Source: Octopus sinensis (taxonomy: Eukaryota). From it: 64,000 nucleotides of DNA. The first letter of the stretch is position 1. Each line of letters begins with the position of its first letter. The translations under genes and the position numbers were made by a program. Of this stretch, positions 1 to 13,322 are shown piece after piece. Where the stretch lies: the NCBI RefSeq assembly GCF_006345805.1, contig NC_043013.1, positions 53,134,001-53,198,000 of the forward strand, in the 5' to 3' direction. The notes beneath the pieces were generated by a model. It saw only the letters and a program-made list of their open reading frames with translations, did no database searches and was not told the DNA's origin.

Positions 1-913
1 TTTATATTACTTTGATTATTTATAAATGATCTAAAATAGGGTGTTATATTTTATTTTATATGTCTTTCGTATATATTTTTATTATATATATTCTTTTAAA
101 AAAAAGCAATGTTTTTTTCAAAAAAAGCAATGTTTTTTTCAAAAAAAGCAATGTTGTCAAAATTAAAATGTTGATGTAAGTATGTGTATAGCCGAGGATA
201 TGTATTTGTAAGCATGCGTATCTGTGTATGTGTAAGTGAGAGTATGTTTGTGCTTAAGCACACATATACACGACTGTATGTATGTATCCATACGAACTTG
301 TTTGTATACTTGTCTCCATATATGCCAATAACGCCATTACACAGATTGTATACATAATTTTTTCTTATTTCGTTTTTTTCCCCACCCCTCCTTCGTTCCT
401 TTTTCTCTCGCTTCCTTTCTTTCGTTCCCTCCCCTTACTCAGTATATGAGAATCGCTACATACATGATTTTTAACTTGCGTGCGAGATGGTTTTGCGTGA
501 ATATATGTACACATGCATTTATGTGTATATTTAGATTTATATTCATACGTCTGTATATGTATGGCGTTGGCGCGCATCCTTTTTGTGTATGTTGATATAT
601 ATATGCACATTTTAATAAAAATATGTATTGCAGTGTAATATTTATAACAGGTTTAATTCCTATGAATTAATTTATACTTTCTTCATTAACGTCAATATGT
701 ATTTTATTCAATGTAAGGTTTTTTCCTCGGATTTTATAATTTTTTATAAGCTTTTTTATATATATATACATATATTTTTGACCTTTTTGTTTATCGCTCG
801 AAGATTGACCGTTTTTTCTAAAGGGCCAATCAAACAAGTCCATTTCTTTTTAAAGGTGTAGCGTTTGTAAGAGTCTAGATTGAATTGATATATCGGTTCC
901 ATTCTAGCAAAAA

Positions 914-951
914 CTGTCTGATGAACGGCAACGAGAAACTCAGAGTAACAG
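914..951 (+). ncRNA. Minimal type I hammerhead ribozyme motif in a probable PLE 3' terminal repeat (about 620-987)
   Basis: CTGT-CTGATGA-A-CG-GCAA-CG-A-GAAA-CTCAGAG-TA-ACAG. Perfect CUGAUGA and GAAA core, stem I CTGT/ACAG, GNRA-capped 2-bp stem II, quasi-palindromic stem III ACTC-A-GAGT, GUA site at 945-947. The segment runs into (TA)n at about 988. Confidence 0.75.
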
Positions 952-982
952 ATTTGTTGAATTTTCTGCTGCTTAAAATAAA

Positions 983-1020
<38 letters not shown>

Positions 1021-1048
1021 TATAATATATAATATATATATATATATA

Positions 1049-2440
1049 TTCCCTTCCAGCCCCTCACACCTCCTCTTCACTTTAGATGTAAAATCCCTGT
1101 ACACAGTGATTCCCCACAATGACGGTCTCCTAGCCCTCCAACACTTCCTCGACCGTCGTTCCGACCCCACCCCCAGCACCCCCACCCTTCTCCGTTTGGC
1201 TGAGCTCGTCCTCACCCTCAATTGCTTCACGTTCGCCGGGGAAACGTACCACAGATGTCCGGTGTCGCGATGGGAACTAGGATGGGCCCCAATTTCGCCA
1301 ATCTCTTTCTTGGCTACATTGAGGCCCAAGTGTTCTCCCAGTTCTCTGGCCGACCCCCGAACTATACGGTCGCTATATCGACGACTGCGTAGGTGCCACC
1401 TCCCTTTCCGTGAACTTCTCTGCCAATTCATCTCTTTCCTTTCCAACTTTCACCCCTCTCTTCAATTCACCTCCACCATCTCCAACACCTCTGTCAACTT
1501 CCTTGACATCTCTCTCCGCATCGACGATCACCCCTCCAGCTCTCTCACCACCACCGCCTTTTTTAAACCTACGGATTCCCACCTCTATCTCAACTTCTCT
1601 TCCTCCCACCCCTTCCACACCAAACGAGCCATCCCCTACTCCCAGTTCCTCCGCCTCCGACGTTTGTGCAGCCGCGACCAGGATTTCGAGACCCAATCTC
1701 AATACCTGGCCCGCATGTTCAGACTCCGAGGTTACCCACCCATATTCCTCTCTGAGGCCCTCACCCGCGCCCGTCGCATCGACCGCACTACCGCCCTGTC
1801 TCTTCCCCCCGCCCCCCCCCAACCGCACCCCCTTCCCCTCCTTTTCCACCCCTCTACCCTACCCTACCCCTTCGTCGCAAGATACTACGTGCCTTCCGTC
1901 GCCTCCAGCTTGATCCCACCACCCGCCCCATTTTCCCCAACCTACCCCTGTCCTCTTTCAAACGAGCCCGCAATCTGCGTGACCTCCTGGTCCACAGCAC
2001 CCTCTCTCCTTCCCCCTCAGCCCCACACGGATCATTCCCTTGCTCTAGATCCCGCTGCAACACTTGCCCCTTCATCACCAACACCAACCGCTGTCACCGG
2101 CTCCAACCTGCACACTGTACGCATTAGGCACTCTTTTACGTGCACCTCGTCTGGCCTTATTTACTGCATTAAATGCAACCTATGCGGGATGCTGTATGTA
2201 GGACAGACGGGACGCCGGTTGTCCGACCGTTTCACTGAACACTTGAGGGACGTTCGCCTACACTCTCTTTCTCTCCCGTCGCACGCCACTTCCGCTCGGC
2301 CGGCCATTCCCTAGATGACATCTCAGTGTTTGGTCTCGCCCCCCCACCATGGTCGCCCACTTTCCAGGCTCCACTTGGAGCAACGCTACATCTTCACCCT
2401 ACAAACTACCACCCCACACGGACTTAACACAGCCCCCTCC
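1049..2440 (+). pseudogene. PLE RT/GIY-YIG ORF with several frameshifts
   Basis: The track ORF 983..2314 keeps one frame, but the QG-like motif (from 1255) and YIDD (1374-1385) lie in the other two frames through three -1 shifts near 1252, 1355 and 1408. More shifts occur around 1860-2090 and near 2280. Confidence 0.85.
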
Positions 2441-2469
2441 TCTTGAGATCCTTTTTTTTTTTTTTTTTT

Positions 2470-5050
2470 TTGGACACACAACCCACACACCCCCACCCAC
2501 CTACCTCCCACACTCACACACCCACCCACCTACCTCCCACACCCACCCACCCACCTACCTCCCACACGCCTGTTCACACACACACATACGTAGACCCATC
2601 TACGTACATACATTCACACATTTAATCACACACACTTACAGACATACTAGCACACACTAACATACAAACCAACATGCACATACACACACACATACATACA
2701 TACGCACACACATACATAATTACACACACACACACACACAGAGACATACATACACACATACACACACACATACATACGCACATACATACACACACACTCA
2801 CACACACACACCGCACGTACATACTTCACACACACACATGCAAACATACATGTAGGCACATACATACATACATACCCACACATGCACACCCTTACACTGA
2901 ATGCACACACACATACACCTTTTTGCATCCAGGCAGCCCCCCTCTTTTCTGCTTTCCGGTTTTGGCTGATGGATACTCGGTTCCCGCGTAGCGGGGCGTT
3001 CGAGGGCATTTGCGCTCGCGCGCCTTGGCGCGCGCTGGGGGCTTGGTCGGCCCCTTGGGCTTGCGTTGTACTGCTTGTGCGTTGTGTGCGTGAGCGCGCT
3101 TCGTGTGTGTGGGCTTGCTTCGGATGTGCGCGTGCGTATGTATGCATACATACCCACACACTCGCATGCATCCCTACCCACATACATACACGCACACCTA
3201 CTCACACACACACACATACACACACATACCTGCACACACACACACATACATACATACACATACATACCTACTTCAGACATACACACACACAGACATACAC
3301 CCATACACTCACACTCACACGCATACACACACACACATACACACGCACACGTACACATACACACACACACACCTACATACATACATTACACTTGTATACA
3401 CACACACGCCTACACACATACATACACACATACATAAACACACACACATACACATATACACACATACGCACACACACATATACTTATACACATGCACACA
3501 CACACATACATACATACACCCATATACATACACACACACATACCCACATACTCCTATACGCACATACATACACACAACATACACACATACACACTCACAC
3601 AAACATACGCACACACATACTTACACACACACTCACCTGCACGCGCACACACATGCATGACAACACCCATACACTCACACTCACATACGCACACACCAAC
3701 ATAAACACGCACACGCACACACACACCTACACTCCCACACACATACACACGCATCTACATACACACACGCACGCATACACACGCATACCACATACATTAC
3801 ACACGTACACACCCACCTACATACACATGCATACACACACACACACAAACATGCACGGACACAACCCAGACATACACACATACACCTATATACACCCGCC
3901 ACACACCTACATACACACACATACATACACACACATACACGGACACACCCATACATACTTACATACATACACCTATACACACACGCCTACACACCTACAT
4001 ACACACATGCATACACACACACACACATGTACGCACATACACACACACATATACGCACATACATATATACCCACACACATGCAACACACACCACATACGC
4101 ACATGCATGCATGCATGCACACGCGCACACCTACACGCATACACACACACACGCACGTACACATACATACATACACACACGCATACATACACCCATACAC
4201 ATACATGCATCCTACACACACATACATACACACTCACACATACATACACCACACACACACTCACTCACACACCTGTATGTACGCGCACACACATGCACAT
4301 ACACACACTTCCCCACACCCACACGTACATACATACACACTCACACACATACACACACACCACACACACGGACATACATCTATGCACACACATACATACA
4401 CACATACTCACATACATTCATCGGACACACTGCCACCCAGACATACACACAGACACACTCACACATCCACACACATACATACTTACTTACGCGCATACTC
4501 GCAGGCGCGCGCACACACGCGCTTGCGCCGGTTCGCGCACGCATACGCGCCGCATGCACCTCGCTCTTGGACCCGAGGAGACCTCCCGCCCGTTCCTGGG
4601 ACCGTCGCGTGTCGTTGGGTTTTCCCACGCCCGTCTCCGCGGGACCACTCTTCCATCTCCCCTCAGCTGGAGTCCTTTTTCTTAACCCCCCCTTTTTCGT
4701 TACACACACACGCACACATATACACACATTGCTTAAATATATACATTACTCTTACACACATTCAATCTACTCGCCATTAATACCACCACGACACTGGACA
4801 CACACACACACTACTACTCAACACACGCTGGCACGCTACATACGCCCCCACCCCTTCCCCTCCCTCCCTTCCTCCTTCCTTCTTTTTCTTACTACTGACC
4901 TTGTCTGCTAGCTGACCACTGTCTCGCCCTACCTCACACGCCTACACACAGACGCACACACTAACACACACATATATTTTTTGTTTTTTCATCTCGCCTC
5001 ACACACACACATACACACACGCACACGCACACACTCACACATACACACAC
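2470..5050. repeat. Degenerate (CA)/(TACA)-rich array with GC-rich islands at about 2920-3140 and 4490-4690
   Basis: Read directly; source of the long HT/VC-repeat ORFs. Confidence 0.9.
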
Positions 5051-5228
5051 ATCTGTTGCGTTACCAACCTTGTCTCCACTCTTTTGCCTTTAAAAACCCA
5101 CTTTGCTCTTGTTATCGTAAACATCCGCCGTTCACCATGTGCAACTCGTAAACACCAGTCGTCTTTTTTCTCTTTCCCTGTTGCCCGCTCTGGGATCTTT
5201 CTTTCCTCTCTCTTCTTTCTTTATGTTT

Positions 5229-5259
5229 CCGACGAAGAGCTCCGCTCGAAACGTCATAC
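5229..5259 (+). ncRNA. Degenerate hammerhead-like motif in the PLE 3' repeat
   Basis: CCGACGA-A-GAGC-TCC-GCTC-GAAA-CG-TC. U4C core change; stem I pairing is poor. Confidence 0.5.
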
Positions 5260-5353
5260 CTCCCTGCTTCCATTTCCTGAGCGCCTATTAATAATAATAC
5301 TGTAATTGTTCCATTGTTGTTGTGTTTTTTTTGTTTCCCGTTTGGATTAAAAT

Positions 5354-5411
<58 letters not shown>

Positions 5412-5424
5412 TAATATAATATAT

Positions 5425-5509
<85 letters not shown>

Positions 5510-5545
5510 TATATATTATATATATATAATATATATATATTATAT

Positions 5546-5610
<65 letters not shown>

Positions 5611-5616
5611 GTATAT

Positions 5617-5847
5617 GGAGGCGCAATGGCCCAGTGGTTAGTGTAGTGGACTCGCGGTTGTAGGATCGCGGTTTCGATTCCCAGGCCGGGTATTGTGAGT
5701 GTTTATTGAGCGAAAACACCCGAAGCTCCTGTAACTTAGGCGTTCGGCAAAACAGAACGATAGAATTAGTACTAGGCTTACAAAGAACAAGTCCTGGGGT
5801 GGCCTTTTTGTACTAAAGGCGGTGCTCCAGCATGGCCGCAGTAACAA
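5617..5847 (+). mobile_element. Chimeric tRNA-derived SINE (family B head joined to family C tail)
   Basis: Head with A box TGGCCCAGTGGTTAG and B box GGTTTCGATTCCC matches 19816. After GAAGCTCC it switches to the GTAACTTAG..GGCGGTGCTCCAGCATGGCCGCAGT tail seen at about 10545-10670. Confidence 0.75.
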
Positions 5848-7089
5848 ATAAATGAATAAAATAATATGTATGGATGTGTATGTATGTATGTATGTATGTA
5901 TGTTTCTATTCATGCGTGTGTGTGTGTGCATACATATGTGAACTTTAGTTCATCACAGTTTGATAACTCGGTAGGTGTCAAAGAAGATGCATGCAATAAG
6001 GGCGGAAGACTAAAAGTTAGATGAAGTCAGCAAACGATTTTTTTTCCAAATGAATTTGCAAGAAAATTTAGGAACACAGTTTACCACATTCCTGAAATCT
6101 AATGAAATGTCAACATTATCGTACTGCGGATATTTTTTCATTGTTGTTGTTGCTGTTACTGTTGTATTTCACCGAATAAGCGTGTCTCAGGTTATTTTAT
6201 GACTGAACGTGTGAAAATAACGGATTTTGTTCTCGTATTATTCTCACAGATCAGCGTAAATCAGAAGAATTTAAATTAATTTTAAAATTACAAAACTTCA
6301 CAATGTGTGAAATAAGAGCCTACGCATTTGTGTTCGGAATAAAGTAGGGAGTTTCCTGACAGTCGACTTCGCGGCTTCAACTGAACACTCCTCGATTTTC
6401 TGTATTTGAGTTATTAAATAGTTGTCAACGGGAAAAATTTTAAAGAATCAAGTCAAACCATTTTATTTTGCTCAAACGCTCATCTTTGAGCAATAAGTGT
6501 AAGCGTATCCACTTCCAATTGCAAATAGTGGGTTTCCGCCTTTCAACAAAATTATACAATAAAACACCATCGTCGGAAGTAACAATGACTTCATACTAAT
6601 GACAAGATAAACTGGAAGTGAAATCTGGTCACGTAAATGTAATACAGGAAAGGACTTTTCTTATCTCTGTTTTAAAGCAACGATGCTGTCGTTGCATTTC
6701 ACTGCTAACTTCCTCCTCCTGTGTTGGCGAGGAAACAGCAGCTGTTGCAAACCACTTACATTGAAGATAAGTCAATACTTAAGAGAATGGTAATATACTT
6801 AATGTAATTGGTAAAAGATAATTAAAGAATTAATTACAATTAAGGTTGTAATGAGAGGAGGAAAATATAGATTCAATAACTAATTTTAATCGAATGTGAT
6901 GAGGACAAAGTGTCGACAAAATGATAGATCAGTTATTGACAGACGTTTCTTGTCAATTAAAGTTAACTAATTAACTCGTTCGAACTATACCAGCTGAATG
7001 CTTCATAGAAAGATATAGTCACATGACTGTGAATATATAGACATGGATATTGGGGTTATGACTCTTATAGAATTAATGTTGTCATTGGA

Positions 7090-7870
7090 GCGCGATATTG
7101 CTTGGAGTTAACGAAACTGCATTCGATGGTGAGATCCTTTTACCGAGCGTCTCCAGTGAATTAACAATTGCCCTGGCTTTACTATAATGGTAGTAGTAGT
7201 GGTCATTTAGGAAGGAGAGAGATTCCGGGTGTGGAAGACGAGTGTTCGTAATGGTTATGTCCAGTACTTTTGAAATGTTGGAATTGAGAGCGATAGGGTA
7301 GCTGTTGGGAGAGAGCGAGGAGTTGCACTTGTTAACGCAACACGATGTAAGGATTTTATAAACTTCAACATATCTTCCACAGAGTTAACACCTAACCTGC
7401 CAAAAGTGTTCAGCGAGGATACAGGGCATATTTTAAAAGCTTAATAGAAGACATAGGGTCGGGGTCGATGGCCTTATTGGTTTGAAGCTGGATGCCAGAA
7501 GGATGGAGGAGGAAGATATGGTTATTTAGAAGAGGTTTACCCTGTGTTCAAGACGTTCTCCTGCGGTAGAATCAGCATAAATGAGAGGTTTAGGAAAAGA
7601 AGATTGTGCAGAGTTGATAGAGATCTTACTGACAAGTAACCTAATCTATTGACTGTAGGCAGGAATGAAATAAAGTTTAAGTTTTGAGTGTAGCAGGAAG
7701 GAATCATTTCTTCGCAAATGGTGAGTATGTTCTTTATTACGTATTGCATATTCTCTACATCGGATTTACGCATTAGAAGTTGATAGCGAAATACTGAATC
7801 GGCTATATAAAGATTCTCTCTTGGAATATCAAGTAAAATATAATTCCCTGATAGAAAGTAGCCATTTCCA
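7090..7870 (-). mobile_element. Decayed CR1/Jockey-group LINE RT fragment
   Basis: Minus-strand pieces KAIDPD and PNSYPIALNSNISKVLDITIT..ESLSFLNDH resemble the KAxGPD / NYRPIALxSxxSK / LLxDxQ motifs of RT domains 0-2; many stops. Confidence 0.55.
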
Positions 7871-10195
7871 TAAACCAGTTCAGTTCATTAACAACAAATA
7901 ATCGGCCTTTTTATTCTCCTGATGCCTTTTCAGTAAAATAATAATTTTTGCACTGTTGAATTCCTGTTCTTCATCAAGTGATATATTTATCATATGTATA
8001 TACACTTGCTCGCCTTCACATGAAGGCATCAACCTTATTCTTCCCTCATGTGGACAAAGGAACATTGTTATATCGTGTTTGAGGAAGGTTACATTTAATT
8101 CAGTTACAATTGTTTCATTGTTGTAGTAACCTATTATATGGTAGTTAACTAGTGGTGATGGACAGAATGCCTCATGATACTAGTTCCGTATCTCTGCACG
8201 TTGGGTTCAAATTCTGGTCATGGCAGCTTTGCCTTCATGGATTTCGGGGGTCGATACATAATTTCTCACATAGTGGGGCTGAGACTTCGTTCTGTCTCCT
8301 GCTTTGTGTTTATTTTATCTCGATATTTCCCTGGAAGAAATGGGTTATGGGTAGGATTACAATACCCACGGCACGTCTGAAACGAACCCTTACCACTTGT
8401 GTGAGTTATCTTATGTGTCGTACTAACGGCTGGTCAATCTGTTCACTATGTGGCACTGTATGTGCTGTGTTGCATATTTTAATGTCCTGCGGATTATCAG
8501 CCGTGCTGTGGTTTATTTTATGGTATTGTTTGTTCGGCGTTGGGAAACTAGTTAGATCATAGCTGTGTTTCACGGACAGGGCGGTGCGCTGCGTTCGTCA
8601 GCAAATCATTTCATGTCTCTTTCCTCCAGTCCCCTTAAATTTCCTCCAGTCCACTTAAATTTAAATGAGTAATCCAGCAACTTATTGACATCCTGTTGAA
8701 GCAGAATGTTGTGCTCTCGACCACTTAGTTATAGATCATGGGAACTGAGTAAGCGGACCTAGGACACGAGACAATAACTCTTGTATTCTCCATGGCAAAC
8801 TCTTATGATATGAATCAAAAGAGTTGTTGATATAGAAACACTTGATACAATATTAGTGTGAGTGCGCGCGTGTGTGAGAGTGAGAGAGTTAGAGTTTGGG
8901 AGACAGAGAGACAGAGTTTGTCAAATTGATGAGACATTTTTGTGTATTTGTTTGCGCATATGAACGAGGGTTTTTCTCCTCCAAATTGCCTTCTAAATGT
9001 CTTCATCATATTCATCATGTTTTTATTTTGTCTCCCATCTCTCAGTGCTCAATAAACAATGAGAATAAATACCAGTTATATAGTGCGGTCGTTTCAGTCC
9101 TCTTCGAAACCGACTGACCCATAAACGCATAGCATTAGCCAAATTAATATATATTAATATTCTTGTCAGATTATGAAGAATTCGCTGCCAGTGAAAATTG
9201 TCAACTGCCTCAACCGACCACCGACAGCGATAAATAAATAGATATTTAAATGCCATTTCACCAATATTTCTGCCGATCAAGCATTGTTGTGAGCTACACT
9301 TTAAGAAATGCAACATCTTCTGCTTACACAAATATTTTCTTTCCATATAGATTTCCTGCTAAAATAACGAAAGTTTCTTTAGATTTATCAATATCTATTC
9401 TTCCTCTCCAATTGAGATATTTTCTTTACAATTACGAAGACTATTAGAATCTGTTTTCTTCATTTGAAATGTGGCAGACGATTCCCAAACACTTCAGTGT
9501 CTGCCTGTTGACGTAAAGTTTTGTGGTTGTGATGAGGTGCATGGAAAAGACTAGGAAGACGATGATGTACGACAGACAAAAGGAGAGATGAAGAGACAAC
9601 AAACGATGAGATATAATGGGAGACAGAGATAAAGTGATATTTAAGTAAAGAACATAAAACAAAAGTGTCAAGCTAAGTATTGGAATGGAATGTCTTGTAT
9701 AGCATATTCCTACAGACCGAATAAGTTAATCGAGTCTCAGAATCGGAACAATAAATCAAATCTGTGAATACTATGGCAACTGGCATCTGTAGAATTGGTA
9801 AAGAGGCGGTGAAAACGACGTTTTATTTATAGCAGTTTCTTTTCACGTTCGAATCTAATTGGTATGCACTTTCCCTTCAATTCCTCGAGGGATTGATAAA
9901 AGTACGATTATTAATATGAGGTCCAAGGATTTTTTAACGTTCTGCGTTCAAATAGTGCTGAGATCAACCTAGCCTTTCATCCTTCGGATCGATAAAATAA
10001 AATACCAATCAACTGGTTGAATATATCGACTAAGCCCGTCGTTCTCAGATGAGGTCAGCAGGACACTTGGGGAGCCATATGAGCTTTCCGGATTCATATA
10101 AGACTATATTTTTTGTTACAGTTTATGAGCAATATATTTCTTATACTTTTACAATACACAAAAGGTTTTAATTTTTTATAAAATATTTCCTAGCA

Positions 10196-10360
10196 TGCGC
10201 AGGCGTGGCTGTGTGGTAAGAAGCTTGCTTCCCAACCACACAGTTCTGGGTTCAGTTCCGCTGCGTGGAATCTTGGCCAAGTGTCTTCTACTATAGTCTC
10301 GGGCTGGCCAAAGCCTTGTAAGTGGATTTGGTAGACGAAAAATGAAAGAAAGGCGTCACT

Positions 10361-10457
<97 letters not shown>

Positions 10458-10690
10458 ATATATATATATATATGTTTCTGTGTCTTTGTGTCTGTGCTTC
10501 TTCCTCCACCATTGCTTGACAACCGATGATGGTGTGTTTACGTCCCGTAACATTTGCGGTTCAGCAGATATGAACGATAGAATATGTACTAGGCTTACAA
10601 AGAATAAGTCCTAGGGTCGATTTCTTCGACTGAAATCCTTCAAGGCGGTGCTCCAGCACGGCCGCAGTCAAATGATTGAAACAAATGAAA
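10196..10690 (+). mobile_element. tRNA-derived SINE family C, full length with internal (TA)n
   Basis: Head GGCGTGGCTGTGTGGTAAGAAG..GGGTTCAGTTCC, CORE-like CTTGGCCAAGTG, shared tail. Homologous to 33260-33595 and 61351-61825. Confidence 0.85.
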
Positions 10691-11003
10691 GAATATAATT
10701 AATTATAAAAAGAAAGAAACAAGACAACATATTTTCTTAAACATGGAATGGCTTTGAGGTTCCAGGGGACTTAAATAGGTATGAATGAGGTCCATAGGGA
10801 GATAAGGGGTCAGCAGCTCTGAGCTAAATCTTTCATGATTGCTGGCCTTGTACACCAGTCAGAAACCATTACAAACTATCCTTTAGTTGCTGGTGAGCGA
10901 CGGGATGGTAGGGTCAAGAAAAACGTTCCAGTTCTCTACGTTCAGAGTTCAAATCCTGCCAAAGTCTCATTGCTTTTATCGATGAAATAAAATACCATTG
11001 GTT

Positions 11004-11243
11004 AGGCGGTGAGCTGGCAGAAACATTAGCACGCCGGGCGAAATGCTTAGCGGTATTTCGTCTGCCGTTACGTTCTGAGTTCAAATTCCGCTGAGATCGA
11101 CTTTGGCTTTCATCCTTTCGGGGTCGATTAAGTAAGTACCAGTTACGCTCTGGGGTCGATATAATCGACTTAATTCATTTGTCTGTCCTTGTTTGTCCAC
11201 TCTATGTTTAGCCCCTTGGGGGCAATAAAGAAATGAAAAATAA
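11004..11243 (+). mobile_element. tRNA-derived SINE family A with a 20-bp TSD, nested in an older SINE
   Basis: GGCGGTGAGCTGGCAGAAAC head, B box GAGTTCAAATTCC, central CTTTCATCCTTTCGGGGTCGAT..AAGTACCAG domain. Perfect TSD GAAATAAAATACCATTGGTT at 10984-11003 and 11244-11263. Confidence 0.9.
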
Positions 11244-12039
11244 GAAATAAAATACCATTGGTTTGCTAAAAATTTATTGACCCTGTGTCTAAAATTAGAA
11301 GCAATTATTTAAGTGGCAGAATCGGTAGAGCGACGGCAAAATCGCTTTGCATCATTTGTTCTTCCTCTTTATGTTTTGAGTTGAAGGCCTGTTGATGTGA
11401 AGTTTGTCCTCCATCTCTCTGGAGCCGATCAAATAAAGTTCCTCTTAACTACTGTGGCAAATGTAATTGACGCTTCCACTCGTTTTCTCAGAAACTGCAG
11501 GCATTTTTGCCTAACATTAGAAGCAAATGCATAGCTGCAGATATATGGAGGCCATCTGGCAGAATCCATAGAACTCAGGACTGAATGATTCCCAAAAATC
11601 TTCTGTCTTTGCGTTCTGTGTTCAAATTCCGCAGAGGCCATTCATTTTTTTGGGGGGGTCAATGAAATAAGCATTATTTGGGTGATGGAGTCGATGTAAT
11701 CGACTAGTCCCATCCTTAAAGATTTAAGACTTTAGAAAGGGTTTAACGGCAAATATGACTGACATTCCAGTATGACCATCCCGTCATTTTGTCCTATTTA
11801 GCTTTACATTATCCAATGTACATTTCTTTTATCTTAAGACTATGCAATGCGATTTGAGTGAGTTTGTATAATGTTCCTGGGGGCCCCGATGACAATGCAG
11901 AAGCCCTCACCCTGTGTATGGCCCGGTAAACCGGGGATAGAAATGATTTTGTGGAGGGAGAAATTATTTTAAGATTTTAATTCATAACATTTTCCCTAAA
12001 ATATTGTCAGTAATGGATTATACACATGAACGATGAACA

Positions 12040-12110
<71 letters not shown>

Positions 12111-12552
12111 CTACTACTACTACTACAACTACTACTACTACTGCTGCTACTACTATCCTTTTGGAATATTTTCAGCGTTAAGATAAAAATGATAATTATC
12201 TCCATTGGTCAGACTTGTGCTTCAGTCAGAAATCATTTACATTGTTGCTTGTGTATTTGCTTTATTTTTGTTTTTTTTCTAATTTTTCATAATTTTCTAA
12301 TTGTTGCTTGGGTGTTTCGTAGAAAGAATAAGGAGGGGTGGGAAATGAGGAGGAGGTGGAGGAGGAGAAGAAGAAGGAGAAGAAAGAAAGAAAGAAAGAA
12401 AGAAGGAGAAGAAGGAGAAGAAAGAAAGAAAGAAAGAAAGAAAGAAGAAGGAGAAAGAAGTAGAAAGAAGAAGAGAAGAGAAGAAGAAGAAGAAGAAGAA
12501 GAAGTAGAAGAAGAAGTAGAAGAAAGAAGAAGAAGAAGAAGAAGAAGAAGAA

Positions 12553-12583
<31 letters not shown>

Positions 12584-12735
12584 AAGAAGAAGAAGAAGAA
12601 GAAGAAGAAGAAGAAGAAATAAGACACAAGGAAGACGATGGCGAAGAACAAGAAGAAAAAAGATGATGAAGAGACATCGACGACGATGACGAAGATGTCG
12701 ACGACAATAATGATAATGATGATGATGACGATGGT
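12040..12735. repeat. Trinucleotide microsatellite cluster (CTA/CTG, GAA, GAT)
   Basis: Read directly. Confidence 0.95.
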
Positions 12736-12869
12736 GATGAAGGAAGATCTCCTTCATTTAGTGCGCCATTAATTCTCAGACAGCAGACAAAATTAAGCAA
12801 AAGAGATAAATCTTCCGTTGACAGGACCGTTGAATCACAGGACCATTGTTCTTCACTGTCCTATTTGTT

Positions 12870-12908
<39 letters not shown>

Positions 12909-13322
12909 AAGTAGTAGTGATGGCTGGACAGTCTTGTTCGACGATATGGAAGGTGGTTTCTGCGTTTATAAGTCTGTGGCACCGTAGCGGAAGTTGCCTG
13001 GTCGTGTCTGGGCAACATCTTGTGTGGGGGGAGGAGTAGAGAAAGAAAGTGAGAGAGTGGGAGTAGCTGGTGAGGAAGGGAGGAGGACATAGGGGTGGGA
13101 CTTGGAGAGAGATTGTTCGCAAAGGTGTGTCGAAGAATGAGAAACTGAATCTGTCGAGTCTCCAGACGAACGTGTGTTATACGTGTGTGAGTGTGATGTT
13201 ATTCCTGTCCCGGCTCATATATACATATGCGTGTGTTTGTATGTATAAGTATTATATATATATCTATATATACGCACACACATACACACACACACATATA
13301 TATATGCATGTATTTATATATA

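Larger units (their letters stand above)
1049..5350 (+). mobile_element. 5'-truncated Penelope-like retroelement (RT + GIY-YIG endonuclease) with a microsatellite-expanded 3' UTR
   Basis: RT motifs LDVKSLYTVIPH, SGVAMGTRMGPNFANLF, RYIDDC, FLDI, KPTDSHLYL, AIPYSQFLRLRRLCS, KRARNLRDLLVHS; linker CSRSRCNTC; endonuclease FTCTSSGLIYCIKC..C..LYVGQTGRRLSDRFTEH. Flanked by (TA)n at 988-1048 and 5353-5605. The 3' end (5230-5290) is homologous to the 48-kb copy. Confidence 0.92.

Noticed and set aside
95-153. Short tandem repeats (21-bp unit here; TTCCTCCAGTCC.CTTAAAT x2 near 8620; GGGTGTATAC x3 near 56632)
   Set aside because: Ordinary slippage duplications.
973-2087. Minus-strand and alternative-frame ORFs overlapping the first PLE
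   Set aside because: Shadow frames of C-rich coding sequence.
2349-4911. Long ORFs up to 632 aa (HT/VC/YI repeats), and similar ORFs throughout the window
   Set aside because: They are translations of CA, TA, TACA, GAA and TAA microsatellites that lack stop codons; no domain content.
5617-5700. tRNA-like heads here and at 19816, 11004 and 10196
   Set aside because: A and B boxes are present, but there is no complete cloverleaf and they continue into SINE bodies; not tRNA genes.
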